Shown piece by piece: positions 1 to 10,812 of a stretch of DNA of 64,000 nt (the first letter of the stretch is position 1; each line of letters begins with the position of its first letter). Source of the DNA: Heterodontus francisci (Eukaryota). Location: contig NC_090409.1 of assembly GCF_036365525.1 (NCBI RefSeq), forward strand, positions 37,954,437-38,018,436, written 5' to 3'. Both the position numbers and the translations under genes were made by a program. The notes under the pieces are model-generated. The model was not told the origin of the DNA. It saw only the letters and a list, made by a program, of their open reading frames with translations, and searched no databases.

Positions 1-360
1 GAAGGGTGGGACATTGGATAAAATGAGCCTTTGCGCAGTGGCCTCCAGGGGGTCCACTGGCAGAAAGGTCCCGCCCACGGTGAGCCCCTTGCTCAGAGCC
101 AGGGACACCGCCCGCTCGGTCTTCAGGAAAAACACTGCCTTCCCGTACATTTTAGAGGCTGCAACAATGGCCGAAGGGCCGACAACCTCGGCCATTGCTT
201 TCACGCATGCCTCGATAGTCATGTTCGGGTGGACGTAGCTCTTGACCCCATGCTTCGATGTTAATAAAGCAAACGGTGACGGGGCAACAGGTGCAGCTGC
301 AGCAGCTGCAGCAGCATATGAACGGGAAGGCCCCGCCACCGGCGAAGAGGGGCTTGCCAT
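1..360 (-). CDS. Tx1-clade (L1 superfamily) non-LTR retrotransposon ORF1, N-terminal part (runs off the window start)
   Basis: Open minus-strand frame from ATG at 360: MASPSSPVAGPSRSYAAAAAAAPVAPSPFALLTSKHGVKSYVHPNMTIEACVKAMAEVVGPSAIVAASKMYGKAVFFLKTERAVSLALSKGLTVGGTFLPVDPLEATAQRLILSNVPPF. The SYA, LT.KHGV, I..ASKM.G..V.FL and LSNVPPF motifs are typical of Tx1 ORF1. Confidence 0.8.
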   Translation of the reverse strand, partial: MASPSSPVAGPSRSYAAAAAAAAPVAPSPFALLTSKHGVKSYVHPNMTIEACVKAMAEVVGPSAIVAASKMYGKAVFFLKTERAVSLALSKGLTVGGTFLPVDPLEATAQRLILSNVPPF

Positions 361-1195
361 GGGGTCTAAGAGCTACGTCCACCCCCAAGAAACAAAACAA
401 ATTTACACAATTTTTAAAAAAAGCAAACTTTAAACAAGGTGGAGTGGGAGTAGAGGAGGATGGCGTAGGATGGTAAAGGAAAAGGGGAGGATAGGTGACT
501 GAGGCGACTGAGTGGAGGAAGGGAGAGAAAGGCTGAAAAGGATGTTTGTTCCAACTGCCAGTTGGAGCACCTTTATCACAATTAGTCCAAACTTGTTTGT
601 TGTCTTCCAGTTGGGGGAGGCTTCTTCGCCCGGGACGGCTGGAGCCGCCCGGTACTCTCCTCTTCTGATTTTAACAAGACAGTCTTCACCCGGGCAACTC
701 CAGCTGTCCCGAGCAGGCAGTTGGGGTGGGGAGGGAGCTCCCTGTGTGCAAACACCAATACAAACACAGGGGCCCTTACTGGATTTGGCTGCCCCACCCC
801 TGAGTCTTCAGGCCTCTTCTCCCTCCCCCAAACAGTTTAAACTTAATAGTCTTTCAGGTGCCCTGACACCCACCTCTCCAGAAAAATTGCAGCCTTCCTT
901 GATGGTTTCCCTCCACTCTGTATTCACCTTTCTCCAGTCTCTCTCCCCAGTTGCTGCAGTCTCCACTCTCCACTCTGTATTCACCTTTCTCCAGTCTCTC
1001 TCCCCAGTTGCTGCAGTCTCCACTCTGTATTCACCTTTCTCCAGTCTCTCTCCCCAGTTGCTGCTGTCTCCACTCTCCACTCTGTATCCACCTTTCTCCA
1101 GTTTCCTCTCTCCACTCTGCAGTTGCTGCAGCACAGGTGCAGCTGCTCCCCCTGATTGCTGGCAGGAAATGCTCCAAATTGCCCAGCCAATCCCA
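1..1195 (-). mobile_element. 5' portion (5'UTR + ORF1 start) of a Tx1-like retrotransposon
   Basis: ORF1 above, plus ~830 bp upstream containing ~47-54-bp tandem repeats (910-1110); the element ends at the 70-bp repeat. Confidence 0.7.
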
Positions 1196-1334
1196 GTGCT
1201 GTACCTGTCCTGGGAGTGTTTGATGGGGACAGTGTAGAGGGAGCTTTACTCTGTATCTAACCCCCGTTCTGTACCTGTCCTGGGAGTGTTTGATGGGGAC
1301 AGTGTAGAGGGAGCTTTACTCTGTATCTAACCCC
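1196..1334. repeat. Two copies of a ~70-bp repeat (gtgctgtacctgtcctgggagtgtttgatggggacagtgtagagggagctttactctgtatctaacccc); a third partial copy at 1950-1996
   Basis: Direct repeat read from sequence; gtacctgtcc at 1201 and 1271. Confidence 0.9.
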
Positions 1335-1949
1335 TTTTATTTTTATGTCGAGGGGGCCTTTATTCCTCAGGCCCCCTTTATATATTTTTTATGTCGAGGG
1401 GGCCTTTATTCCTCAGGCCCCCTTTATATACACACTTATATTTTTAAAATAACTTTATTAAAACCAGATAAATAAACAAAAGACGGGCGGCACAGTGGCG
1501 CAATGGTTAGCACCGCAGCCTCACAGCTCCAGGGACCCGGGTTCGATTCCGGGTACTGCCTGTGTGGAGTTTGCAAGTTCTCCCTGTGTCTGCGTGGGTT
1601 TTCTCCGGGTGCTCCGGTTTCCTCCTACAAGCCAAAAGACTTGCAGGTTGATAGGTTAATTGGCCATGATAAATTGTCACTAGTATAGGTAGGTGGTAGG
1701 GAAATATAGGGACAGGTGGGGATGTTTGGTTGGAATATGGGATTAGTGTAGGATTAGTATGGATGGGTGGTTGATGTTCGGCACAGACTCGGTGGGCCGA
1801 AGGGCCTGTTTCAGTGCTGTATCTCTAATCTAATCTAAAATGCCATTCTCGGCGTCGACAATGCACTCCAGTCCCTGCGGTGCCCACCGGTCGCGGAAGG
1901 CCTCAAGCGTACCGGCGGACACCGCATGCTCCTTTTCCAGGGACACCCG
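1335..1949 (-). mobile_element. 5'-truncated Tx1-like copy (ORF2 C-terminus + 3'UTR) interrupted by a SINE
   Basis: Minus-strand RVSLEKEHAVSAGTLEAFRDRWAPQGLECIVDAENGILD* resembles Tx1 ORF2 C-termini; duplicated GC hairpin and A-rich tail at 1335-1430. Confidence 0.65.
1484..1830 (+). mobile_element. tRNA-derived V-SINE (HE1-like)
   Basis: A-box/B-box head (ggcacagtggcgcaatggttagc...gggttcgattcc), V-domain-like tgtgtggagtttgca...ggtgctccggtttcctcc, and CR1-like tail gggccgaagggcctgtttc. Confidence 0.85.
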
Positions 1950-2828
1950 GTGCTGTACCTGTCCTGGGAGTGTTTGATGGGGACAGTGTAGAGGGAGTGT
2001 GATTCTCTTTGATGATGACACTAGCGTTGAAATGATTTTTGCAGCTGTAGAGATATCCCCAAATTTAATGAAAAACGAAATACCTTAGCAAAAAAAAAAG
2101 CGAATTGACACTGCGTGCCCAGTAATTGTGTGGGTGGGAAATGGTTAACCCTCAGAGAGGGGAACTGAGAGGGGTGTGACGGAAGGTCCATTAGCATTGG
2201 CTCTCGGTTATAGATCTCGGGATGCACTTTACAAAGTCCACAAGATGTTGTCGATCTGCTTGCATTCCCTTAGCAACACCCTGAGCACCTGACAGCAGCT
2301 CGCACCCTGAGTTATCTTTGCAATTCAGTGATTTTTTGTTTTAACGCACCGGTGGTTTAAAATGTTTGCTGTGGAGTTGAGTGATATCTGATAAGAGGGG
2401 CTGAGTGTTTCGAACACACACGCACCATTGATTTCACTAATCCCTGTGAACGCTCGACCACTTCAAATCAAGGCACAAGTTGTATGAAATCTGGATTTAT
2501 CATTCTTCACGCAGGAAGGGAAGGCAATGCTTTGCCTCTGAGTTGCAAAATATATTCTTTGCATATCTGTGGAGGTGACAGATGTGATTCTCCTCGTTAT
2601 TGTTTCCCCCTTCATAACCCCCTCTGCTGCCAATGTAATTGTCCGGATCAAACTGCATCTCACTGGTACCTGATTTCCTGTCAGCTTCCAGTTAAGATTG
2701 TGAACGCGAAAGTACAGCTGCAGCAATCTCAGGGGTCTTAAAGCAGGGACCTGGGGCAGAAGTTTGGGGGAAACAAACGGCGTTGCAAAGTGACCAAGCG
2801 AACGAAACGTTGGTTATCGACTAATTCA

Positions 2829-3154
2829 ATGGGGGCGGACAATCTGTTCATTGCTCTGGAGGTTGCACTTGCTATCAGTGTAATCAGCATTAACTTGCTG
2901 GTGTGCACAACTGTCTACTTACACCGGGAACTGAGGACGCTGACAAACTACCTGATCACCTGCCTAGCACTGGCCGATCTAAGTGTGGGGGCCCTGGCTG
3001 CACCCTGTTCCATCTTGCTCAGCCTGGACCTCTCCGTTTCTTTCTACGGTTGCCTTATGATTGCCTGTTGCCCGCTGGTCACCACCCAGTTCTCCGTCTT
3101 CGTGCTCCTGGCCATCGCGATCAATACCCACCTCAAAATCCGACAACCGAGCAG
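2829..3154 (+). CDS. Adenosine receptor-like coding exon 1 (TM1-TM3)
   Basis: ATG at 2829; donor AG|GTAAAC at 3154/3155. Confidence 0.88.
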
Positions 3155-6100
3155 GTAAACTGCCTTTTAAAGATTTTATTTCAACCTCGACTCGGACCGG
3201 GGCTCGACTGTCCCGCTCTCCGGAAACTCGCCTCCAAACTCTGCCGCCCTCCCCGCCGCGTCCGAACTCACACCGAGTAAACCTCTGGTTAGGCCCCAAT
3301 TGGAGTATTGCGTCCAGTTCTGGTCACCACACGTCAGGAAGGATGTGAGGGTCCTTGAGAGGGTGCAGAGGAGATTTACCAGAGTGGTTCCAGGGATGGG
3401 GGGTTTTAGTTACAAGGTTCAGTTGGAAAAGCTGGGGTTTGTTCTCCCCGGAACAAAGGAGATTGAGGGGAGATTTAATAGAAGTGGACAAGATTATGAC
3501 AGGCTTAGATAAGGTAGACAAAGAAAATGGTACAAGAACTAGGGGACACAGCTTGAACGCTATAGGCAGGGGGAATATGAGGAAGCACTTCTTTACACAG
3601 TGGATGATAATGACCGGGAACTCACTGCCCACAAGGGTGGTGGAAGCAGACACAATCACTGACTCTAAGAGGAAGTTGCATGGTCACCTAAGAGAAATAG
3701 ACTTGCAGGGCTACAGGGATCGAGCCGGGGAGTGGGACTGACAGGATAGCTCTGTGGAGAGCCCAGCACGGACTCGATGGGCTGAATGGCCATCCTCCAG
3801 GATGGTGTGTGACTTGGAGGGGAACTTGCAGGTGGTGGTGTTCCCATGCATCTGCTGCCCTTGTCCTTCTAGTTGGTAGAGGTCGCGGGTTTGGAAGGTG
3901 CTGTCTAAGGAGCCTTGGTGAGTTGCTGCAGTGCATCTTGTAGATGGTACACACTGCTGCCACTGTGCGTCGGTGGTGGAGGGAGTGAATGTTTGTGGAT
4001 GGGGTGCCAATCAAGCGGGCTGCTTTGTCCTGGATGGTGTCGAGCTTCTTGAGTGTTGTTGGAGCTGCACCCATCCAGGCAAGTGGAGAGTATTCCATCA
4101 CACTCCTGACTTGTGCCTTGTAGATGGTGGACAGGCTTTGGGGAGTCAGGAGGTGAGTTACTCACCGCAGGACTCCCACGGACATACGTTGAGCATCCTG
4201 ATATATACACACATTGAGCATTCCTCGAGACCCATACACAATGACCCTGGACGATCCATACAGTGAGGATCCAACAATGAGTCTTCTGAGGCATCATATG
4301 AGGGATTGGCATTGGAGGGTTTTGGTTGGGGTGAGGAAGATGCGTCAGAGAATGTGAGGCGCTGGGTATTGACATGCTGACTGGAAGTGGGCACTGGTTG
4401 GGCACTCACTGGGCACTGGGTGTGAGCTGGATTTGCATTCAATGAAAGAAAGAAAGGCTTGCATTTCTATAGCACCTTTCATCCCCTCAGGGCGTCCAAA
4501 AGCAGCCAATGAAGTACAATGAGCTCTGGCTTTGCTCTTTAAAACACTTTTGCTGTGAAAATTGCCATGTACACGTGCTGAGTGGTTTAACAAACTTCAC
4601 TATGTGGTGAAGATCAAGGGTCAGTGCTGGGACCACTGCTTTTTTGACATATATAAATGACTTGGATCTTGGAATACAGAGTAGAATCTCAAAATTTGCC
4701 GATGGCACCAAACTTGGAGGTGAGGATGATACCAATCAACTGCAACAGGACGTAGATAGGCTAGAGGAGTGGGCAGAGAGGTGGCAAATGGAGTTTAATA
4801 CTGACAAGTGTGAGGTAATGCATTTTGGCAGAAGGAATAGGGAGAGGCAATATAGACTGAATGGCACATTTCCAAAGAGTGGGCAGGAACAGAGGATCCT
4901 GGGGGTGCATGTGCATCGATCTTTGAAGGTGGCTGGACATATCGAGAGAGTGGTTAGTAAAGCATTTGGGATCTCGGGCTTCATAAATAGAGGCATTGAG
5001 TACAAAAGCAGGGGAGTTATGCTGAACCTTTATAAAGCTCCGGTTAGGCCCCCAACTAGAGGATTGCGTCCAGTTCTGGTCACCACACGTCAGGAAGGAT
5101 GTGAGGGTCCTTGAGAGGGTGCAGAGGAGATTTACCAGAATGGTTCCAGGGATGGGGGGTTTTAGTTACAAGGTTAGGTTGGAGAAGCTGGGGTAGTACT
5201 GTTTAGTATAAAGGAGATTGAGAGGAGATTTGAGAGAGGTGTGCAGGTTTATGACAGGCTTAGATAAGTTAGGCAAAGAAAAACTGTTCCCATTAACAAA
5301 TGGTACAAGGACGAGGAGACACAGATTGAAGGTTTTGGGCAAGAGATGCAGGGTGGGGGGGAACGTGAGAAAGAACTTGTTTACACAGCGAGTGGTAATG
5401 AGCTGGAACTCACTGCCTAGGAGGTGGAAGCGGAGATAGTCGATGACTCCAAGGGGACGTTGGATGGCCACCCGAGAGAAACAGACTTGCAGGGATAGGG
5501 GGACTGAGCTGGGGACTGACTGCACAGCTCCGCGGAGAGCTGGCATCGACTCGATGGGCCGAATGGCCTCCTTCTGTGCTGTAAATGACTCTATGACCAA
5601 GGGGGCCAGTTGGCAGAGGTCACATTTGCCAACCTCAGCTGGAAAACAGGCCAGTATTCAGGCGTGGGCAGGGAGAGATGGCGAATTGCCGGCTGAGCAG
5701 GGTAGCCAATTCTGATTGGGCGTGCTCCTGGAGGTTTTAGCTTAAAAACCACCCACCTCCAATTGCCCTGTGCAGTCAAACTGCTTTTCCTACTCCCCAC
5801 CCCACCAATCGCCAATATTTCTGTAACTAATAAACAGTTTTGGTCTCCTTACCTAGGGAAGGATATACTTATACTTTATGGGGAGACAGAAGTGTAGTGG
5901 TAATGTCAGTGAACAACTAAACCAGAGGACCAGGCTAATGCCCTGGGGACATGGGTTCAAATCCCACCAGGGCAGTTGGTAGAATTTAAATTCAATTAAT
6001 TAATAAAAATCTGGAATTGAAAGGTGCCATGAAACTATCATCAATTGTCACAAAAAAAAATCAGGTTCACGAGTGTCATTTAGGGAAGGAAATCTGCCGT

Positions 6101-7836
6101 CCTTCCCTGGTCTGGCCGACATGTGACTCCAGACCCACAGCAATGTGGTTGACCCTTAACTGACCTCTGAAATGGCCTCGCAAGACACTCAGTTGTCAAG
6201 GGCAGTTAGGGATGGGCAACAAATGCTGGCCTAGCCAGTGACGCCCACATCCCAAGAAAGAATAAATAAAAATGTCAGACAGTCAGTACTGAGGGAGTGC
6301 TGCACTGTCGGAGGGTCAGTACTGAGGGAGTGCTGCACTGATGGAGGGTCAGTACTGAGGGAGTGCTGCACTGATGGAGGGTCAGTACTGAGGGAGTGCT
6401 GCACTGATGGAGGGTCAGTACTGAGGGAGTGCTGCACTGTCGGAGGGTCAGTATTGAGGGAGTGCTGCACTGTCGGAGGGTCAGTACTGAGGGAGTGCTG
6501 CACTGTCAGAGGGTCAGTACTGAAGGAGTTCTGCACTGTCGGAGGGTCAGTACTGAGGGAGTGCTGCACTGTGGGAGGGTCAGTACTGAGGGAGTGCTGC
6601 ACTGTCGGAGGGTCAGTACTGAGGGAGTGCTGCACTGTGGGAGGGTCAGTACTGAGGGAGTGCTGAACTGTCGGAGGGTCAGTACTGAGGGAGTGCTGCA
6701 CTGTCGGAGGTGCCGTCTTTCAGATGAGACGTTAAACCGAGGCCCCCGTATGCTCTCTCAGGTGGGTGTAAAAGATCCCGTGGCAGACGAGCAGGGGTGA
6801 GTTCTCCTCGGTGTCCTGGGGACAATATTTATCCCTCAACCAACATCACTAAAAAAAAACCAGATGGTTTGGGTCATTATCACATTGCTGTTTGTGGGAT
6901 CTTGCTGTGCGCAAATTGGCTGCCGCTTTTCCTACATTACAGCAGTGACCACACTTCCAAAAAAAAGTACTTCATGGGCCATAAAGCGCTTTGCGGCGTT
7001 CTGAGGAGGAGAAAGGCGCTAGAGAAATGCAAGTCTCTTTTTTTTAAAATGAGCTTTGTCTGACCAGGAAGTGTTTCAGTGCCTTACAAACCTGCACCGT
7101 TTCATTTTATCATTCCTTCCCCCCCCCCAGGTACAGCATCCTGGTCACGAAGAAGCGGGTTACCATGGCGATCTGCCTCTGCTGGATCTCATCGTTGATC
7201 ATTGGCTTCACCCCGCTGATGGGATGGAACGGCTTTGAGTCTTTCGTCACTCCGACAGCCAACCTCACGGCCCCAGTCGAAAGAGCCATCCTGAGGCAAA
7301 AGATCTCTCTCCTGGGCTTCTTTCCTCGACCCTTTGCCATCCTGAATTCTGCCAATCGCAGCTGGCACACAGTGGGCCAGTGCTCATTCCGGGGTGTCAT
7401 CTCCACCACCTACATGGTCTACTTCATGTTTTTCTGCTGCACGCTCGTGCCCCTCTCGGTCATGTTTGGGATTTACACCGACTCGTTCAGGATTGTCCGC
7501 AGGTACTTCCACAGACAGCAGTTCCGGTCAGCCAAGAGGAGCGAGGTGCAGACTGCCAAGACCCTCCTGCTAATGGTCGGCATCTTCTTCTGCTGCTGGA
7601 TGCCGATTAACGTGGTTAACAGCCTGGCGTACTTCTGCCCGAGCTGCAGGCTGCCAACTTGGCTCTTCTATTTCGTCGTGATCCTCTCGCACCTGAACTC
7701 GCTCATCAACCCGATGGTGTACGCCCTGAGGAAGAAGGATTTCGGCACCGCTTTGAAAGCTGTCTTTGTCCGTTATGTGCTGTTCTGCATTTCCACGCCC
7801 AGAGTTGGCCCTGTGTTCCAGATTGCCAGACCATAG
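2829..7836 (+). CDS. Adenosine receptor-like class A GPCR, 2 exons: join(2829..3154,7131..7836), 343 aa
   Basis: Seven TM segments with LALADLSVG, TQ in TM3, PLMGWN, C.F..V, YMVYF, CWMP, LSH.NS..NPMVY. Phase-2 GT/AG intron inside P.R|Y..LVT, the canonical intron position of adenosine receptors. Subtype unclear. Confidence 0.88.
3280..3790 (+). mobile_element. CR1 LINE 3' fragment
   Basis: [10 protein letters not shown]...LERVQRRFT...RRLRGDLIEV...RTRGH motifs with frameshifts. Confidence 0.85.
3797..4175 (-). mobile_element. LINE 3' fragment (CR1/L2-group)
   Basis: [31 protein letters not shown]; same family at 40740-41550 (+). Confidence 0.75.
4617..5595 (+). mobile_element. CR1 LINE fragment (RT 3' half)
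   Basis: [16 protein letters not shown]...SKFADGTKLGG...WQMEFN..KC.VMHFG. Confidence 0.9.
5890..6270 (+). mobile_element. tRNA-related SINE with LINE-derived tail
   Basis: gtagtggtaatg...gggttcaaatccc head; the tail aagggcagttagggatgggcaacaaatgctggcc is shared with the LINE at 41480-41530. Confidence 0.7.
6282..6710 (+). repeat. 33-bp minisatellite (~13 units, gtactgagggagtgctgcactgtcggagggtca) amplified inside a DeuSINE
   Basis: Head-to-tail units with no spacers, continuing directly into SINE body sequence. Confidence 0.95.
6700..7045 (+). mobile_element. DeuSINE (SacSINE/AmnSINE-like central domain)
   Basis: ggaggtgccgtctttcagatgagacgttaaaccgagg...aaagatccc...ggtgtcctgg resembles the Deu-domain. 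Confidence 0.75.
7131..7836 (+). CDS. Adenosine receptor-like coding exon 2 (ICL2 to C-terminus)
   Basis: Polypyrimidine tract + CAG acceptor at 7130; R-YSILVTKKRV... through NPMVYALRKKDF; TAG ends at 7836; AATAAA at 8348-8353. Confidence 0.9.
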
Positions 7837-7983
7837 ACAGCTTCATGTGTCAGAGGTTGTGACTGCCGTGGAATCAAGTGGTGAATGTTGGAATGGGGTG
7901 GTTTGAGAGGGTGCTCCCCAAGGCAGCGTCCCAGCTAACACCCTTCATAAACTTGAGCTCATCCAAAACTCTACTCCCCGGGA

Positions 7984-8320
7984 CAGTGCGGCACTCCCTC
8001 AGTACTGACCCTCTGACAGTGCAGCACTCCCTCAGTACTGACCCTCTGACAGTGCAGCACTCCCTCAGTACTGACCCTCCGACAGTGCAGCACCCCCTCA
8101 GTACTGACCCTCCCACAGTGCAGCACTCCCTCAGTATTGACCCTCCAACAGTGCAGCACTCCCTCAGTACTGACCCTCTGGCAGTGCAGCACTCCCTCAG
8201 TACTGACCCTCTGGCAGTGCGGTGCTCCCTCCATACTGGCACTGTGAGTATCAGCCGAGATTCTGTGCTCAAGTTCCTGGAGTGGGACATGGACCCACAA
8301 CCTCCTGACTCAGAGTGATT
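7984..8320 (-). repeat. Inverted 33-bp minisatellite (~7 units) plus SINE remnant in the GPCR 3'UTR
   Basis: Reverse complement of the 6282-6710 unit. Confidence 0.9.
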
Positions 8321-8578
8321 CTCACTGTACCATGGCAGGCAGTCGAAAATAAAGGCAATTTAAAAATAATCTGCAGAAATTCCTCCTTGTTTTTGATTGT
8401 CCAATAACTGAAAAATGAATGGTGTGCTTGAAATTGATAATCATTCCATATAAAATGTAATCAGCCATTATTAAGTTATGATATCTGTGATACATTTCAT
8501 TGATGTACCTGTGAGAATAAATTAAGTAAGTCGAACTTTGTGGTATTTTAATGCAATTTAATGCCTGTATGCTATCAA

Positions 8579-9467
8579 TGTTACAACCAGGCAAGAAAGG
8601 GGTCTAGGGTTCCCTCTCAGCCTTCACCTGGTCTTACCGTAACAGGGTTTAATTTTACACACCCCTTTTTTTCGCTCCCCCTTAGTTCACTAACATCCAA
8701 TTATAAGGCAAAGAAACTAACCAAACAGGTTTTCTTAGGTTTAAAGAAAAAATTGTGAACTTTATTAAACTTAAACTCTAATTTGGTTAACGCCTACGGA
8801 TACACGACATGCCCACGCTAGCATGCATACGCGATACAGCCATGCAGATAGAGACAGAAAAGAGCAGAAGAAATAAAGTGGCAAAGTTTGAGGCTAATAT
8901 CTGAAGATGGTTTTGGTTACTATTCTTCGAGCTCGCTGTAGAGTCCTTGATTGTAGGTAGGTCTTGCTTTTCGTTGGGGCCCAGTATTCTTCTTGAACCT
9001 TCTTTGATGTAGGAGACTTTTCTCTCCTGAAGTTCATGTGTCCTCATTGGGTCCAGAGGCTTGTGAGAAAGAGATGGGAGCAGACAGGAGAGGTCATCTC
9101 ACTCCAGGAGCAAACAATATTTCTAAGTTCAAAAACTCTGTGGCTAGTTCAAAAAACTCTGCGCCAGCCAGTTAGTCATGTGACCAGCTGGTTTAACCAG
9201 TCCTGACTTTTGTGGCTTGTATCACCTTAGCACTCTCTGGAATGCTCTTCCTTACACCTTCAATATCTGGTGATCAAAATCCATTGTAGGTTGAATGTGT
9301 CAGGGAATGGTCCTTTTGTCTCCACAAGCACTGTCTGTTAGTATGCAAATGTTTTTCAGCTAAGTGTCTGGCAGCCTTTGTAACAGGCCTTCTCTTCATC
9401 CCGGCAAATTTAAAATCAACGTTCATGCGACAAATTTAATATGCCTCATTCTTGGGCCTGCATGACA
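8579..9467. mobile_element. Solo LTR-like element (TG...CA); related copy in opposite orientation at 35714-36541
   Basis: TGTTAC...CATGACA termini; extensive similarity between the two copies. Confidence 0.65.
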
Positions 9468-9854
9468 ACAATACCTTTAAAATAGAAAAATGCTCCAAGG
9501 AAATTTATATGAAAGTGAAGTATGGATATTAAAGATCCCACGGTAAGATTTGGAAGAAAAGCAGGGAAGTTCTCCTCAGTGCTCTGGACCGATATTTATC
9601 CCTCAATCAACATGACCATTCAACAGCTCCGTGGGAGTACCTTGAGCAGATGGGCTGCAGTGGTGCAAGAAGGCAGCTCACCACCAACTTCTCAAGGGGG
9701 CAATTATGGGTTGGGTAATAAATGCTGGCCCAGCCAGTGATGTCCACATACCATGAATGAGTGGTAAAAGAAAATTGCGTTCATCACATTACTACAACAC
9801 CGTGTATTTATATAGCACCTTCACCGTGATAAAAGGCTTGGTACAAATGTAAAT

Positions 9855-10110
9855 CGTTGTCAGAAAGCCGTTGTCGTTGGAAAGTTGTTGGCTGAAAGAA
9901 GGTTGTCGTTGGGGGAAAAAAGTTGTTGGAAATAAAATTGTCGGAAAGTTGTCGTCAGAAGCTGTCGGGGAAGTCGTCCGAAATAAAGTTGTTGCCGGTA
10001 AAAAAAAATAAAGTTGTTGATAGAAAGTTGTTGTTGTATCGAAAGTTGTTGTTAAAAATAAAGTCACTATTGATCAAAAGTTGTTGTTGTTGTTGTTGTT
10101 GTTGTTGTTG
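9855..10110. repeat. GTT/GTC-rich low-complexity tract ending in (TTG)10
   Basis: Read directly. Confidence 0.85.
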
Positions 10111-10169
10111 CCTGATCATTCCCTTTACCAGAATGGCTTCCCCTCACCACTCGGTTCTTCCGCAGCCCC

Positions 10170-10500
10170 TTGCGTCCTTTACAAAGATGGCCGTCCCATT
10201 TGTTTACGCCGCCCTCCCGCCACCGCTCATTGGCGGTGACGCTATGGCTTTACCAAGATGGCGAACATAACTCCGCCCCCCCCTCCTTCCTGGCCGTTCC
10301 ACTTTCGCGCCTTTACAAAGAAGGCGGCGATGACGTTTCTCCCCCCCCCCCCCCCACCTTCCCGGCGCCGCACCGCCTCCTTTACCCACGCTCAGCCAAT
10401 CGGCTCCGATCGGGATCTCGCGAGAGTGTGACGCACGGCGGGAATTGGTGGCCCTGTGAAATGCGGGCGGGCGGCCCCGTGCCGGTCTTTTCCTCCCCGG
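10170..10500 (+). promoter_or_regulatory. RPS19: RPS19 CpG-island promoter with YY1-like sites, CCAAT box, TCTCGCGAGA palindrome and TCT/5'TOP initiator
   Basis: AAGATGGC at ~10184 and ~10255; CCAAT at 10396-10400; TCTCGCGAGA at 10416-10425; pyrimidine tract tCttttcctcccc starting 10486-10487. Confidence 0.8.
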
Positions 10501-10519
10501 ACGGCGCGCAGGAGGCACG
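10487..10519 (+). other. RPS19: RPS19 non-coding exon 1 (5'TOP)
   Basis: TOP tract followed by donor CACG|GTGAGG; the ATG opens exon 2, as in mammalian RPS19. Confidence 0.72.
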
Positions 10520-10812
10520 GTGAGGGAAGGCGGAGGGAGTGGAGGGCGAGGGGAGGGGAGGCAAGCCGGCCGGTCCTCCCTCCCCCCCCCCCCCCGCAAC
10601 ATCGGGCTCGGCTCTGTGATCGGTCCCGGAGCTTCGGGGCGCCGCCTGTGGGGGAGCGTGGTCCGGCCGGAGCGAGGCCCGGGTCTGTTGGGGGGGGGGA
10701 AAGGCCTGGTTATAAAGGCTGAAGGAGTCGAGACTTCTGGAGAGGAGGCCCCGCAGTCCGAGCAGCCGAATGACCTCGTCCGGCTCTTGTTATGGTTTTG
10801 TTGGGGTTTTGT

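Noticed and set aside
512-1237. 241-aa plus-strand ORF
   Set aside because: It is antisense to the repetitive 5'UTR of the Tx1-like element and has no recognisable domain.
1484-1560. tRNA gene
   Set aside because: A/B boxes are present but continue into SINE body and tail; the same holds for other SINE heads (5890, 42747).
6282-6710. 33-bp repeats as a CRISPR array or repeat protein
   Set aside because: Units are head-to-tail with no unique spacers, there are no cas genes, the context is eukaryotic, and the array is contiguous with a SINE.
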